From NCBI GenBank assembly GCA_001662655.1, contig KV460246.1: a DNA stretch of 64,000 nt; one strand, 5' to 3'. Made by a program: the position numbers and the translations under genes. The notes beneath the pieces are model-generated. The model was not told where the DNA came from and did not search any database. It worked only from the letters and a program-made list of their open reading frames with translations. The stretch is from Pseudogymnoascus verrucosus (taxonomy: Eukaryota). This document shows positions 1-12,862 of this stretch, in pieces (position 1 is the stretch's first letter; the number at the start of each line of letters is the position of its first letter).

Positions 1-296
1 GCAGAAAATACCTTGGAAAAGCTTGAAACTACTTCATGTGTTATGGATCTCTGATAACTTTGATCATTTGTGATATTTCAGTGCCAGTTAAAGCTTTGTC
101 TATTATTTCACCATATTCATCTTTAAATCGCCATGTTATATTGCAGAACAGTTGTAGTTTTAACTTTCAAATTTTGGAACAAATGATTCCACTTTATACC
201 AACATCCTATAATCTACATATACGGAGCGTAGCGCTCCAAGAGCAAACAAAAACACATCTAATGCCCCCTTTTTTACTTCAAAATAAACCATCCCT

Positions 297-2803
297 CTAA
301 GCAGACTTCTCCGCAGCAGCCTTAGCCAAAAGGTTCAACGCACTGCCAGCGATAACGAAGCTAGCCTGATCAGGGCTGAAAGTGTGCTTCGTCTCAATCA
401 CAAACTCCTTTCCACTGGGCTTGGTAACCTTCAGGCTCACCTCACCCTTACCTCCATTCTTCAACATCTCGTACAACCCCACGGTCTCAACCTCGTCACA
501 CGCATCAATGGCATCGTAGTCCGCCTCGTTCGCAAACGTCAACGGGACAACACCCTGCTTCTTCAGGTTGGTCTCGTGGATGCGCGCGAAGCTCTTGGAG
601 AGGATGACACGGCCACCGAGGTAACGCGGTTGCAGAGCGGCGTGCTCGCGTGCGGAACCCTCGCCGTAGTTGCTCTCAGCAACAACGAGCCACTCAACGC
701 CCTGGCTCCTCCACCTCTCAGCAAGCTCTGGGATACCGCTGGTGGAACCATCGACATCGTAAGCGACGTTGACCTCGCCGGTGGCCTTGTTGACGGCGGT
801 GATGAGGGTGTTGGCGGAGATGTTGGGGAGATGGCCCTTGTATTTCAGCCACGGGCCGGCCGCGGAGATCGTGTCGGTGGTGCACTTGCCGGTGACCTTG
901 TAGAGGACGCGGAGGCCCTTGAGGTTGCCCTCGGGGAAGGGTGCGAAGGGCTCGAGCAGGGCAAGGCGGTCGGACTTGGGGGATACGACGACGGGGGTCT
1001 CGGGGCTGGGGGCACCGGTTATGGGCTGGAAGTCGGGGTTTCCGGTCTCGAAGCCAGACTGGGGGAGCTCGGAGCCGGAGGGAGCGGAGAACTTGAATTC
1101 GGCGCCGGAGGGAGTGGTGATGGAGTCGGTGAGGGGGTTGAAGGATGTGGATCCGCCGTAAGCCATCGCGGTGACAATCTCAGGTGATGCGAGGAAGTTC
1201 ATGGTATCTGGGTTTCCATCGTTGCGGCCGCGGAAATTGCGGTTGTAAGAGGTGAAAATGGCATTCTCCTCGCCCTTAGCCGGGAGAGGAACCTCCTCAG
1301 TTGCGGTACGCTTCCACTGTCCGATACAGGGTCCGCATGCATTGGCAAGAACGATACCTCCGGATTCCTCGAAGGTGGCGAGGGTGGAGTCACGCTCGAG
1401 AGTGGCGCGAATCTGCTCAGACCCTGGGGTGATGAAGAATGGAACGCTGGGAGTGAGACCAGCTGCGGCGGCCTGTTTGACGAGATCCTCAGCGCGGGTC
1501 ATATCTTCGTATGAAGAGTTTGTGCACGACCCAATGAGGCCTGCCGAGACCTTCTTGGGCCAGCCATTGGCTTCGGAGGTGGCAGCGAATTGCGAAATAG
1601 GTGTCGAGAGATCAGGTGTGAAGGGACCATTCACATATGGCTCTAGCTCGGAAAGATTGATGGTAATAACTTGGTCGTAGTTAGCATTCTCATCAGGGGA
1701 CAGCAGGTTGCGGGCTGATGGGAACGAGGCGATCATCCTTGCTTGACGGGCAATGGAAGCTCGGTGTGTCGACTCGAGATATGGTACCATTCGCTGGGAG
1801 AAGGGGAACAGGGAAGTTGTCGCTCCAACCTCGGCACCCATGTTGCAGATGGTAGCCATGCCTGTGCAGCTTAGCGTATCAACGCCGGGGCCGTGGTATT
1901 CGATGATGAATCCGGTTCCACCCCTGACAGTAAGTTTGCCAGCTAGGTGCATGATGACGTCCTTTGGCGATGCCCAGCCACTGAGTTGGCCTTCCAGGCG
2001 CACACCGAGAACCTTTGGTGCCTTCAACTCCCAAGGCGCATCAACAAGAGCATCCACGGCGTCGGCACCACCCACACCAATTGCGATTGCTCCAAGTCCA
2101 CCACCGTTTGGTGTGTGACTATCGGTTCCGAGCATCATCAGGCCAGGGGCTGCATAGTTTTCCAACACAGTCTGGTGGATGATACCAGCTCCCGGTGGCC
2201 AGAACTCAATACCGTACTTCTTTGACGCCGACTCCAAAAAGTCGAAGACCTCCTTGTTGCCCTTGATGGACTCTGGCAGGTCAACATCCGCACCTCTCTG
2301 ACCCACAATCATATGGTCGCAGTGAATACTAGCTGGCACGGCAGTGGAAGGCAGTTTGCACGTCATGAATTGAAGAAGTGCCATCTGAGCAGATGCATCC
2401 TGCATAGCGACTCTGTCAGGCTTCAACTTCAGGTTGGCATTGCCACGGATATTCAGGCCATTGTCGGTTCCTGTAAGAAGGGACTCCTCCGGGTTGTCGA
2501 GATGGGAGTACAGGATCTTTTCCGACAGTGTGAGGGCGCGCTCAGCTCCAAGCACACGGCGCACCTCTGCCAGTCTCTTAAGAAGCTTGGGGTATGGAGG
2601 TGTTCGCGACGAAACATCAGGTTCTTGGGGTGTCGCACTGTTGACAGAGGCAAAGCCGCGCGAGAATTGAGCACGGGACAATCGTGAAGGGCAGGACACC
2701 TGGGGATTGGTTAGGTTAAAAGTTCTACTGACAATTGCGAGTGAGATTTTTGACTTACCCGCAGGGCAGACCTGCTGCTCTGCAATAGCCGGCCAGACGT
2801 CAT
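297..2803 (-). CDS. ACO2: Mitochondrial aconitase-family protein, Aco2/AcoB type; exons 2803-2759 and 2699-297
   Basis: Aconitase motifs DRVAMQDASAQMA, IHCDH, GTDSHTPN, IGSCTNSSYED, NACGPCIGQW and NYGEGSAREHAAL. A 45-nt first exon (MTSGRLLQSSRSALR, presequence-like) is followed by a GTAAGT...CTAAC...CAG intron. Confidence 0.9.
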
Positions 2804-3559
2804 TGTGGTGATATGAATTCTGTGGAGGATTGTATGGCGAAGCAACAGATTGAACGCAACTGCGGTCTCGGCGTTACTCAGAACTTTTTCCGGGGCTGCA
2901 GGGGACGATCCTGACGCTGGTTTAAGCTTTTATGGTCAGGGCCTTTGTTGCGACGCTGATTGGTTGAATAAATGTTGCCTTATATCGTGCACGGACCAAC
3001 TGAAATTGAGGTACGTGTAGTGGTGTACCTTCTGTTGAAGCTCGCACGAAATCAAATTCACCCACCGTCAGGGGGATTACATTCACAACGTGTAGTCACT
3101 GAACTTCCAAATCCAAGGTATGTTTGCCAGAGTTCATTTGTATCTGCTTCCGGTTGCTTTCCATGTAACTTCAGAACATACATTTACTCAGATCGGTCTT
3201 GGCAACGACGGTGTCGTTCTTGCCTTGTTCTCATATCCTGTGTTTACTTCTGGGCTTCACAACGTATCAAGGAAATAGCAAGTAGCCTCTACAACTCTTG
3301 TGGTTATGAGGTCTCATTGTGTTTCTTGTAGTCTGATGGAGTGGAATCACCTCAATTTTTTTTTTTTTTTCATCATCAATATTTTTGTTTTCTGTGTATT
3401 TTCCCTTTGCAAACGTAGAGGCAACGGTTGACGTGCAGGACCAGCAGATACCAACCACCTTCGACTTTGAAACTGGACACAGAACTCAGAGCCCGTACAC
3501 CGTGTGGGAGGTGATAAGGTCTGGAAGTATTCCAGGAACCTCCGAGAAATCTCGACATC

Positions 3560-6228
3560 ATGGAGAATGCACTTGAGCCACCGGGAGGCTCCCCATATGG
3601 CGATAACCCACCTCAGTTTCTCTTGGACGCAATGATGGTATGATTTAGTGACTCTCCAAGCTCACCACCTGGATAACTTTCATTTTGTTTGTCATACACA
3701 TGCTAATATTCTCCCAATATAGGAAGAACTTGGCATTGGCAGAATAAATGATCTTTCCTTGGAAGACAACCCAAAGGATAGAAGAAATGTCAACATAGCT
3801 GTGGGAGCTTCCCTGGCGAAACCCCCCACTAAGGAGATCAAGAAGATTACCAGCAAATATGGGAATGAGATCAACATGTGGAAATGTGAGGTCATTTTTA
3901 GACTACACACCAAATCTAGCAACTGACGATCGAACAGCTTTCAAACCCGATGATGTGGATCAAGATGCTCTCTTATTGGATGACTTGGGAAGCGGCCAGT
4001 CACATCGTCTTCGTATGCAAGCAACTCTTGCTGGATCTTCAAACCGAGGGGGAGGCGATCCAAGAGGTGCTCGAGGTGGTCATAGTGGCGCTAGTCACAC
4101 CAGTGGTAGTTCAAGAGGTGGTGGGGTTACTGGACAGAGGTAAGCCTTTCTTTGACAATATCACCTTTGATCTGCTAACTTTGAATACAGCAACAGAAGG
4201 AACAGAGCTCCCATTGAGGAAATTGCCAACCTACTCCGATTCTCGGATCCATTATCAGTTCTCCGTGGGGGAGGAGGTGGCGGACGAGGCGGCAATAATG
4301 GCCGTGCTGGTACAACTCACGGCCATTTTGTTCATGGTTTGCACAATAACCCACAAGTGAAGAACATTTCTTCTGGGCAAACGAGACAACAGACAACCAC
4401 ACCGCAAAAGACCACACAAAGAAGACCCCCACAACAGAGACCCGTACAACGCAATTCTTCTCCATTGTTGTCTTTGGCAACCCCAGAGTCCTTTTTCCCA
4501 AGTGCCAAAAGAGTTGAGAATACCCAACCTCAGCCAACTACCACACAACCAACCAAGAGACAGCCCGCTACCGGACAACTACCCCCTAAACCACCAACCA
4601 CGAAACAACCAGCCAGTGGGCAAGCAACTGCCAGACAACCAGCCGTTAAGTCACCAGTCGTTAAACCACCCGCCACTAAACCACCAGTCACCAAGACACC
4701 AGCCACTGGACAACCAACCGCAGGACCAGTGGCTCCGATTTCGAAGCCCAACAAACCCCCTCACATTAATTCACCCGCCAAAGTGCCCAAGGACATTGCG
4801 CCTGATAATACCAGGACAATACCAAGCAAAGACAATGACGAGGACCTTATCTTCTGTGATCTTATCTCTTTAGATAATGACGGATGGGTGTCTACAGCCA
4901 CATCCGCTGAAGTTATAGTGGAAGAGCCACCTTCAGCCTATATGCAAGACATGTGGACCTTGGAAGATAGTGCAAATGCGGTCTTCAACATAATGGTAGA
5001 AGTTACGATGAAAGGAATGGCCAAGGAGAGGGCAGTTCTCGTGGAAACTATTGCCAGTGGCGTGGTCCCAGATGGTCGGGGGATGGCATCATCTGTGTAT
5101 GCTTCGGATGAGCCTGTAACCAAAGAATCAATCAAAACCTACTGGGAGACTCAGGGCCCCTCGTTCCGAAAAGGCCTTGAAAACGAATCTATTTGCCTGA
5201 TTCTCGAAGGTGTCGCTGCCGAGATAGTCAGACGAGATGCGCCTACTTCAAGTGATTTAGGCCAGCAGGATGTATCGGGAAGCGTCTCCGAATACGATCA
5301 ATCTAACTCCGACGAGGCTATCAATCAAACCGAGCAGGCTGGCACCCCCGGCAGTGTGACTGGTGAGCCCCAAGGTGTTTCAGAACCCGTTGAGAACATT
5401 TCTGGTAGTCCAGAGACTGCGGGAGACGTGAAGGAGCCTGAAATTACTTTTGTACAATACGATGCCTCCGAGCTATTGCAGCTCAGGAGCAGAGCTTTGA
5501 CAGTGGATAAGAGCGCCTTCCCTGACGAGATCCGCCAGTTTGTTGTCAAGGATACCAATGATACCAATGTGTTGCTGCAGAAACCAAAGATTATAAAGGT
5601 GCTCGGAGGATTGGCGGACTCAAAATGGGCTAGTCCTTCTAAGACTAACGATGAGAATGTTGCTCCCAGCAAAACCAAGGCTGCCCCCATAAAAACTAAT
5701 GCTGCTCCCCTCAAAACTAATACCACTCCCGTCAAAACCAATGTTGCTTCGAGCAAAGTCAATTTCGACCCCAGCAAAGCCAGTTTCGTCCCCAGCAATA
5801 CCTCTCGGCCTTCTCCTACGGACAGCAGTGCATCTAACTTCTTTTCGGAGAAGCTCCTGCCTACCAAGGCTACGAACGGACTGGCAGATTCAAAATGGGC
5901 AGACGAGCCGAAGACCCCTGATACTTACACTCCACTAGATCTCGTTTCAGCCATTTTGAGCGTCACAGTGCCCGTCCGTCCCAAGCGTCCTGGCTTGAGT
6001 GATTCCATGTGGGCCGATAATCCTCCAAGCAAGGGATCACTGACTCGCCCTTCGATCAACAAAGAAGTTGTCGATAGGATGATTAACCCCCAACTGACCC
6101 ATTCAAGCAGAGATCGTCGCAAGAAGTCAATCGAGATCATCACTGAGGCGACGAAGAGGAGGACTGCTGTACTTGAGAAACAAGCGGCTGAGAAGGAAGC
6201 TGCGTTTGCTAACTATCCCCACTACTAA
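3560..6228 (+). CDS. Low-complexity RGG/Pro-rich hypothetical protein, 4 exons (approx. 3560-3637, 3723-3885, 3939-4139, 4191-6228)
   Basis: ATG at 3560 (MENALEPPGG...). Three GT..AG introns join the exons in frame to the 629-aa ORF. Contains RGG boxes, KPPxT repeats, a YDASELL motif and three GL(A/S)DS(K/M)WA motifs. Confidence 0.65.
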
Positions 6229-6739
6229 CTTTGACTCGTGGCGGGTTGAGGAGCTGACCTGTGAGACGGAGAATAAAGAGAAGGGCAGCAGCGATTAATA
6301 TGTTCGGAGCAGTCAACACTTCCAGGGCTCAACAAGGTTGGCGAAACGGGCTGAGGCAGTGAGAAACCAAAGAGATGGGCTGGAGATGAAGACCTTAGAT
6401 TATGACCCAATGAAGCTCATTCTCGCCGAGAACTAGCCCTCGTCGGCCCATGTTGAATGTGAATGTACTTATGATACAGTAATTCAGCCTTGAGTTATAC
6501 TCTTATGAAACTCCAGCAAAATAGCCGTGGAAAGAGTGTCATTCCACTCAGGGGAATACAAGTCAAGACACACTGGAACCATTATCCCGCCTTGATAGCC
6601 TTAATTGACCAACAATAAATATCAAATTAAAGGGTATATCGCAAGCGCCTAGGAACCTTTATAACAAAACCTCTCTGTACCGTCAATCGCCATAACATCT
6701 TCAAGTTCCCCGTAAATCACCAAATTTAATATCGCCCAC

Positions 6740-8545
6740 TCATATCGCCGCTTTCCCCAGATCTCTCCATGCCCCAGCTTGCGCCTCTGGATAACCCTGC
6801 TCTGTCCCGGTCCCGCCATCGCCATAACGCCATGTCCGTCGGGGTCCTTCATATTCTTCTCGCTGAGTGAGATGTAACTCGCCATCTACCACCGTCGGTA
6901 CCATATCTTTTGCATCGAATTCGCCGAATATCTTGTGTAGTGGCAAATCATCACGGCCCAGCACCGCAGGATTGATCTTAAATGGTTGGTTTTGATGTTT
7001 GCTCCACGTCGAGTCTACATCGAGTCTGCTGAATACTTCGCCAAATTGTCTCTTTCTGCCTCCTCTCGCAGCGATCTTGGCTTGGATGGATATGTATGAT
7101 GAATCTTCAGTACGCATGTCAAAGAGTGTTGTTGCTACAAACTCCTCGTCTGAACCGCGGTATTTTGAGAGTACATCATAGAAGCCTTGAGAGTTGGGCT
7201 CTGTGCCAAGAGGTTTTTTGGAGCGCCTAGCTTGCACCGAATTCGGGTTCAGGGTCGGTTCGATCGAATCGGGGCACACTCCGATAAAAGGAACGGACGA
7301 TTGGAATTTCACAATCCCATTATCCGTAAAGTCTCTGTCATCTGAAAGAATCGCCGGGGCTTCTGGTGGCTGCCTTAAAGCAGTATTGGAAGGAGACGTT
7401 GACTCGAGAATGGATAAAGGCTTTGTAGGCTGGTCATCTCTGCTCTTGTACGTGTTCTCAGGACCTCGGTTCGTACTATCCGTAGATGCGATGTATTCTG
7501 GATGCTGGGAGGGTTCGGGGACAAGAGTGTCCCCGAATAGAAAAGGAGAGTCTTCTGGTAGAGGAGAGCAGTCCAGCATAGAAAGAGAGCTATCTGATAG
7601 AAGAGGGTCCTCTAACAGAGAAAGGTTGTCATCTGATAGAAGAAGAAAATCCTCTGGTATATGGGAGCCTTCCGAAACAGAAAGAGCGCCTTTTGACTCA
7701 AGAACCAAGCCTTCTGATACGGGAAGAACATCCCCTGGGAAAAATGAATTGTTGGCGCTATTGTGGGCTCCATTTTTCGGCTCCGGAGGGGCTATGCGGC
7801 CATCTGAAAAACTCGGCTTTGAATGCGGAATCTGTATATCTGGCAAGGTCGACTTAAAGGACGGGTTGGAAGATGGCGGGGTAGCTAACCCAGTAGCATT
7901 GATTCCAGTTGACCTGGCTGCCTCGGAATGGATAATGCTGCGCGATCTTGTCATCATGGGTTCCAGAGGCATAATTCCCGTTCTCCTGGCATCTTTATCT
8001 GTCGAAACGTTCAAACTTTCAGCTCCCATTAGTACTTCCGGCGCATTTCCCACATGGTCAGATGACATGTGCAACCCCTGGCGGCCTATAGGCCCTGCAT
8101 CGGACTTCTGGCTCGCAAAACCTGACTCGGTATTTCCTTCAGTAATGCCTCCGACCTTTTGCGACTTGGGATTTCGCCAGTTTTCGATCTCATCTGCGGC
8201 ACTGTGTGTATCGTAGGGTTTCCGCTTCTTGCCTCCGTCATTAGGCCCCGCCGTTGGCGTCAGCGGTGAAAAATTCCGACGTCTCATAGTATCATTGCCG
8301 CTACCACTCATAGAACTGACTTCGGATCGCGGCGTCCAGAGGCCGCTTTCGGACCTTTTCGGTTTCAACCTCCTCGCTTTCAACTTGGATGTTGCGTACT
8401 TCGCAGCTTGTTTGCAAGAGGTACACACTTCATTCGAACTGTCCTCCTGCAGGACGGGTTTATTGCAAGTACTGACAATGCACCTTCTTCCATATAATGG
8501 CTCGCCGCTAGGATTAGCCGATGAAACATTTCCGGTAGCCACCAT
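6740..8545 (-). CDS. Hypothetical, largely disordered protein with an N-terminal 4-Cys cluster and basic, NLS-like patches
   Basis: 601-aa uninterrupted ORF containing CIVSTC...VCTSC, KKRKP and ARGGRKRQFG. Upstream exons cannot be excluded. Confidence 0.65.
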   Translation of the reverse strand: MVATGNVSSANPSGEPLYGRRCIVSTCNKPVLQEDSSNEVCTSCKQAAKYATSKLKARRLKPKRSESGLWTPRSEVSSMSGSGNDTMRRRNFSPLTPTAGPNDGGKKRKPYDTHSAADEIENWRNPKSQKVGGITEGNTESGFASQKSDAGPIGRQGLHMSSDHVGNAPEVLMGAESLNVSTDKDARRTGIMPLEPMMTRSRSIIHSEAARSTGINATGLATPPSSNPSFKSTLPDIQIPHSKPSFSDGRIAPPEPKNGAHNSANNSFFPGDVLPVSEGLVLESKGALSVSEGSHIPEDFLLLSDDNLSLLEDPLLSDSSLSMLDCSPLPEDSPFLFGDTLVPEPSQHPEYIASTDSTNRGPENTYKSRDDQPTKPLSILESTSPSNTALRQPPEAPAILSDDRDFTDNGIVKFQSSVPFIGVCPDSIEPTLNPNSVQARRSKKPLGTEPNSQGFYDVLSKYRGSDEEFVATTLFDMRTEDSSYISIQAKIAARGGRKRQFGEVFSRLDVDSTWSKHQNQPFKINPAVLGRDDLPLHKIFGEFDAKDMVPTVVDGELHLTQREEYEGPRRTWRYGDGGTGTEQGYPEAQAGAWRDLGKAAI

Positions 8546-9867
8546 TATATACTCTGTCCGAAAGCTTTAATGAAAAGGTCCTGATTGGGCCTACAAGGAA
8601 ACTTCCGCCAGCCTGGTTGACTGTTGGCCGCTTAACTGGTGGCCACCTGACTAGCAGTACCTGGGGCAGGTTGCCCCTAGCCTATGTCTGGCGTCTGACG
8701 TAGGTTGCATGTGGCAACACAACAGCGTTTGGATACAAGGAACTGCCTAAGGAAGTTCTAGGTGAAACATTAGCAGTGATTCTCCTAGGTAGTGTTGGAA
8801 AATAATTGCAATGGGTGCTATTTCAGGTCTTTTCAGTTATTATAGTCAGCATTCTGCGAGTTCAGCGGCTTCGAGCCCTTTCAACACCAAGGTAGCGACC
8901 TCGGATCGTCGCAACAAACTTATGCTGGCCCAACGCCCGCCGACCAACGTTTGTTAACACCCACTTTACACCATGCCTTTGGCTCTAAATCACTTGTTTG
9001 CAGATAGAGAGCTCCTGAATACAGTCACTTTGATGTATCCTCCAACTTCACTATGAATCCACTAACTTCTGTGAAACATAGTCTTGCCTTTGTTGAAGGA
9101 CGCGCCTAGACAGCACAGATACGATGTTGCGACGGATCTTCAGCCTTGCGCACATCCGATGTTGAAGGAAGCTGAAACCAGAAGAACTCCTTGCAGTCTG
9201 ACCTTTTACCAGGTTGGTCATCACCAATAGCGGTTAATGGAAAGATGATTGACAGTATAAAACGCTACACATACCGTATGATCTTGTGGCTTATCGTTTC
9301 CGCTGTGCCAAGTCGCAGGACGAGTAAAGGGTGAAAATAACCATCAGCTTTGGTGATCGTAATGTTTGTAATCACATCGATGTTTAGTCCGCTAGTAACT
9401 GGCTATGGTCGACAAACACAGTGTATTCTGTCATGAGGCTGCCAGATCCAACTGCTAGGAAACGTTGGACCTTCTTGACAAATGGGTTGATGGTCGGTCG
9501 TTTGATGTTAGGGACAGTGATATTAGGTATCGCTATGCATGAAATAAAACAACTAAATCAGACGCTGTTATAACAAAAACAGAAAAAAATAAACAAAAAA
9601 AACGTGAGGCCCTTTGAACTCTCTGCACCAAAGAAGTTAGGAGGGTTGTCGTTACAAAGGGAAGCACAGCGCGTGATGGAGTGAAACATTATAATTAAGG
9701 TTGGCGCTAACTAAAATACTGCCATCACCATCCGCTGCTATTATGGGACTAGCTTGTTATACCAGTGGTCCGCGAGGGGGGGCTCAATGAGGCCGATTCC
9801 ATGTGAAGAGGACACAGAGCACGGAATATTGTCGCGGGCAAACAACATACAGCAGCTAGAGTAGCCA

Positions 9868-12384
9868 ATGGATTTCTTAAAATCTGCTGTCGCCTCGGCG
9901 ATATCTGGGGGCCCTCCTTTTCCATATAGCTTTGGAGATCGTGTGGACGTGGACGACTCGATATGGACACTATATAACGGTACACGAAGAGTAAGTCAGC
10001 TCCAGGTCTTTGAGAGTTACATACTGACCACAATTTCAGGAGGATGGCTCGAACTGCAGCATCTTCTCTTTTGATGTGCCTGCAAACAAGTCCCGACTAC
10101 CTCTGGCAAGAAATGCTGTCAAGAAGCTGCGCACACTTCGACACCCGGGTGTCATAAAAGTGCTTGACACAGTTGAGACCGACTCATACATATACGTTGC
10201 TACGGAACGCCTGGTACCATTGCGATGGCACATAAAGCGAAAGAGCATGAGCGAGGAGACTATAAAATGGGGACTCTTTAGTATAGCGCAAACCGTTAAG
10301 TTCATCAACGACGATGCCTCATCGATACATGGGAGCCTCAAAGCCGCATCCGTATATACCAGTGAAAGCGGAGAATGGAAGCTGGGTGGTTTTGAGGTGC
10401 TGAGCAGTCTAAAAGATGACGAAGCAGTAATATACAGATATGGAAGTCTTGTACCCGAGTCAGCCCGGTACATGCCTCCTGAGCTCGCCAAATCTGGCTG
10501 GGAAACCATTAAGAAGAATCCAGCTACGGCCCTCGACGCATACAACTTCGGTATATTATTATTTGAAACATTCAATGGGGATTTCCTTGGCTCCGACCAG
10601 GTCGGCCAAACGAAGGGCATTCCTTCCAACATGCAACCGGGCTACAAACGACTCATCAATGCAAACCCAAAGTCCAGATCTAGTGTCGCGCATTTCTTGG
10701 ATCAAGGCCGACGGAATGGAGGATTCTTGGATACCCCTCTGATCAAACTGACTGAGGGAGTTGACAGCCTTGGAATGAAATCCGAGAATGAGAGAGAAGA
10801 GTTTTTGAGGTACTTATTCCTGGCTCTGCAATATCTGAGTCTCTCACTGACCCTCCACAGCGATTTAGACCAACTTTCGGATGATTTCCCGGAAGAATAC
10901 TTCAAGATGAAAATCCTCCCCGAACTGTTAAAATCAGTGGAATTTGGTGGAGGTGGTCCGAAGGTCTTCAGCGTCGTCATGAAAATCGCCCAGAAGCTAT
11001 CAGATGAGGATTTCGACGCCAAAGTAACTCCAGTTGTAGTGCGGCTTTTCCAGAGTCCCGATCGGGCTATTCGAGTCTGCCTTTTGGACAATCTACCCAT
11101 TATGATCGACCGCCTACCACAAAAAATTGTTAACGACAAAATTTATCCGCAGATGGTATGACTTTATGAGAATTTGATTGACCATTGTACTAATCGAGAT
11201 AGGTTACTGGTTTCACCGATGTCGCCCCCCTTATTCGCGAGCAAACCGTCAAAGCCGTTCTCACTATAATAACTAAGTTATCGGACCGTACAATCAACTC
11301 AGATCTCCTCAAGCAGCTCGCTCGTACCTCCAACGACGAGCAACCTGGCATCCGAACCAACACTACAATCTGTCTCGGGAAGATTGCCCGCTCCCTCGGA
11401 GTATCGACTCGTTCAAAAGTTCTCATCGCGGCCTTCACGCGATCGCTACGAGATCCATTCGTGCATGCCCGCAACGCTTCTTTGCAAGCACTGACGGCCA
11501 CTGCCGACTGTTTCACCGATGAAGATATAGCAGGGAAGATTCTACCCGCTGTGTGCCCGCTATTACTAGATAAAGAGAAGCTGGTGCGGGACCAGGCGAA
11601 CAAGAGCGTCGATACCTACCTCAGACAGGTCCGCAAAGCAGCGAGTCAGATGCCAGACACCGTCCTCCCACCACCAGCTCCAGACGCCGGCCGCACTAAC
11701 TCGAACTCCACTACCCCACGCATGGGCACGCCCCAACCCAGCGAAGCCGCATCGTGGACCGGCTGGGCCATTTCCTCATTTACCAATAAGATCTCCACAG
11801 CAGCGGGCGACATCGAGCCCTCCTCCCCATCCGCCAACACCCTCGCCCTCCCCCCGTCAACACTAGAGACAAGGCCAGTAAGCGCCCCTGTTCGCGCCTC
11901 CGCCTCAGCATCCGCCCTCCACCGCCAAGCCATTACATCCCCTCCACCAACCTCAACCCGAACCTCCACATCCTCAGCCTCCGCCTCCAACGCCGCAGAT
12001 TACTTCCAAGATGCGGGTGATGTTGGCGAGGACGACTTCGAGGCCTGGGGCGACATGGATGATGACGATACGGCGTTCAAGGACGCTGTAGATGAGCAAC
12101 CCAAGGCTCCTGCCAAGCCCACAGTTTCAGCAAAGCCATTCGAAGATGATGGCGAGCCTGACTTCGCAGGCTGGCTAGCAGCGCAGGCGGGGAAGAAGAC
12201 TGGTTCGAAGCCATTGCCGAAGGGGCTTGGGAAACCGGGGAGTGCAGGCGCGAGGCCGAATGCGTTGGGTGCCGGGTCGAGGAAGGTGAGCGCGGCGGCG
12301 CCGGCGAAGCCTATGGTGAAGAAGGTTATTGATACGAAGCCGAAGGAGGCGGGCGATGATGATGGATGGGGTGATGGGTGGTAG
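9868..12384 (+). CDS. CEX1: SCY1-family pseudokinase with HEAT repeats (Cex1/SCYL1-like); introns approx. 9991-10039, 10811-10860, 11156-11202
   Basis: ARNAVKKLRTLRHPGVIKVLD, IHGSLKAASVYTSESGEWKLGGFE, HEAT region IRTNTTICLGKIA, and an acidic C-terminus ending DDGWGDGW. Confidence 0.85.
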
Positions 12385-12862
12385 ATATTGTCGGGGGTGA
12401 GTTTATATGGGCAGATAGCGCATGAAGGATGCATTGCTGGGCGTTTCTGGATACCATTTTGCTTGGACGATGCATATATGATGTATAGAAGGCGCCGAAT
12501 TTGAATATTTCACGCTACCCCCTTTTTCTTTAGTGACATTAACGCCCCAATGTTCGTGAAGGTGTATCTATGTATCTACTCTATAAACCAAACGACAGCA
12601 TGGGCGGGGGACCATATTACTATTGGCTTGGAAAATGTCACTGCTCGCATACCTGAGCTATTAATATAGCGGAGATGTTGTTTAATTCTAAGAAGTCTTC
12701 GATAAGCGATTTGCTGCAACGTGCTTGCTCGATCATATAACTTCAATGTAAAACCAAGCTGTATAAAGCAGCCACCCATCTACCCAGGAACCAGCCAACC
12801 AGGCTTCCATACCAACCGTGGGCATATAGCCTCAAACTCCAAGCGCCTCGCATCGACAGCGT

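Noticed and set aside
384..2687. Long plus-strand ORFs overlapping ACO2 (similarly antisense ORFs over KEX1, MYG1, ICE2, SPC25 and 7194-8216)
   Set aside because: Antisense shadows of codon-biased genes, with no recognisable motifs.
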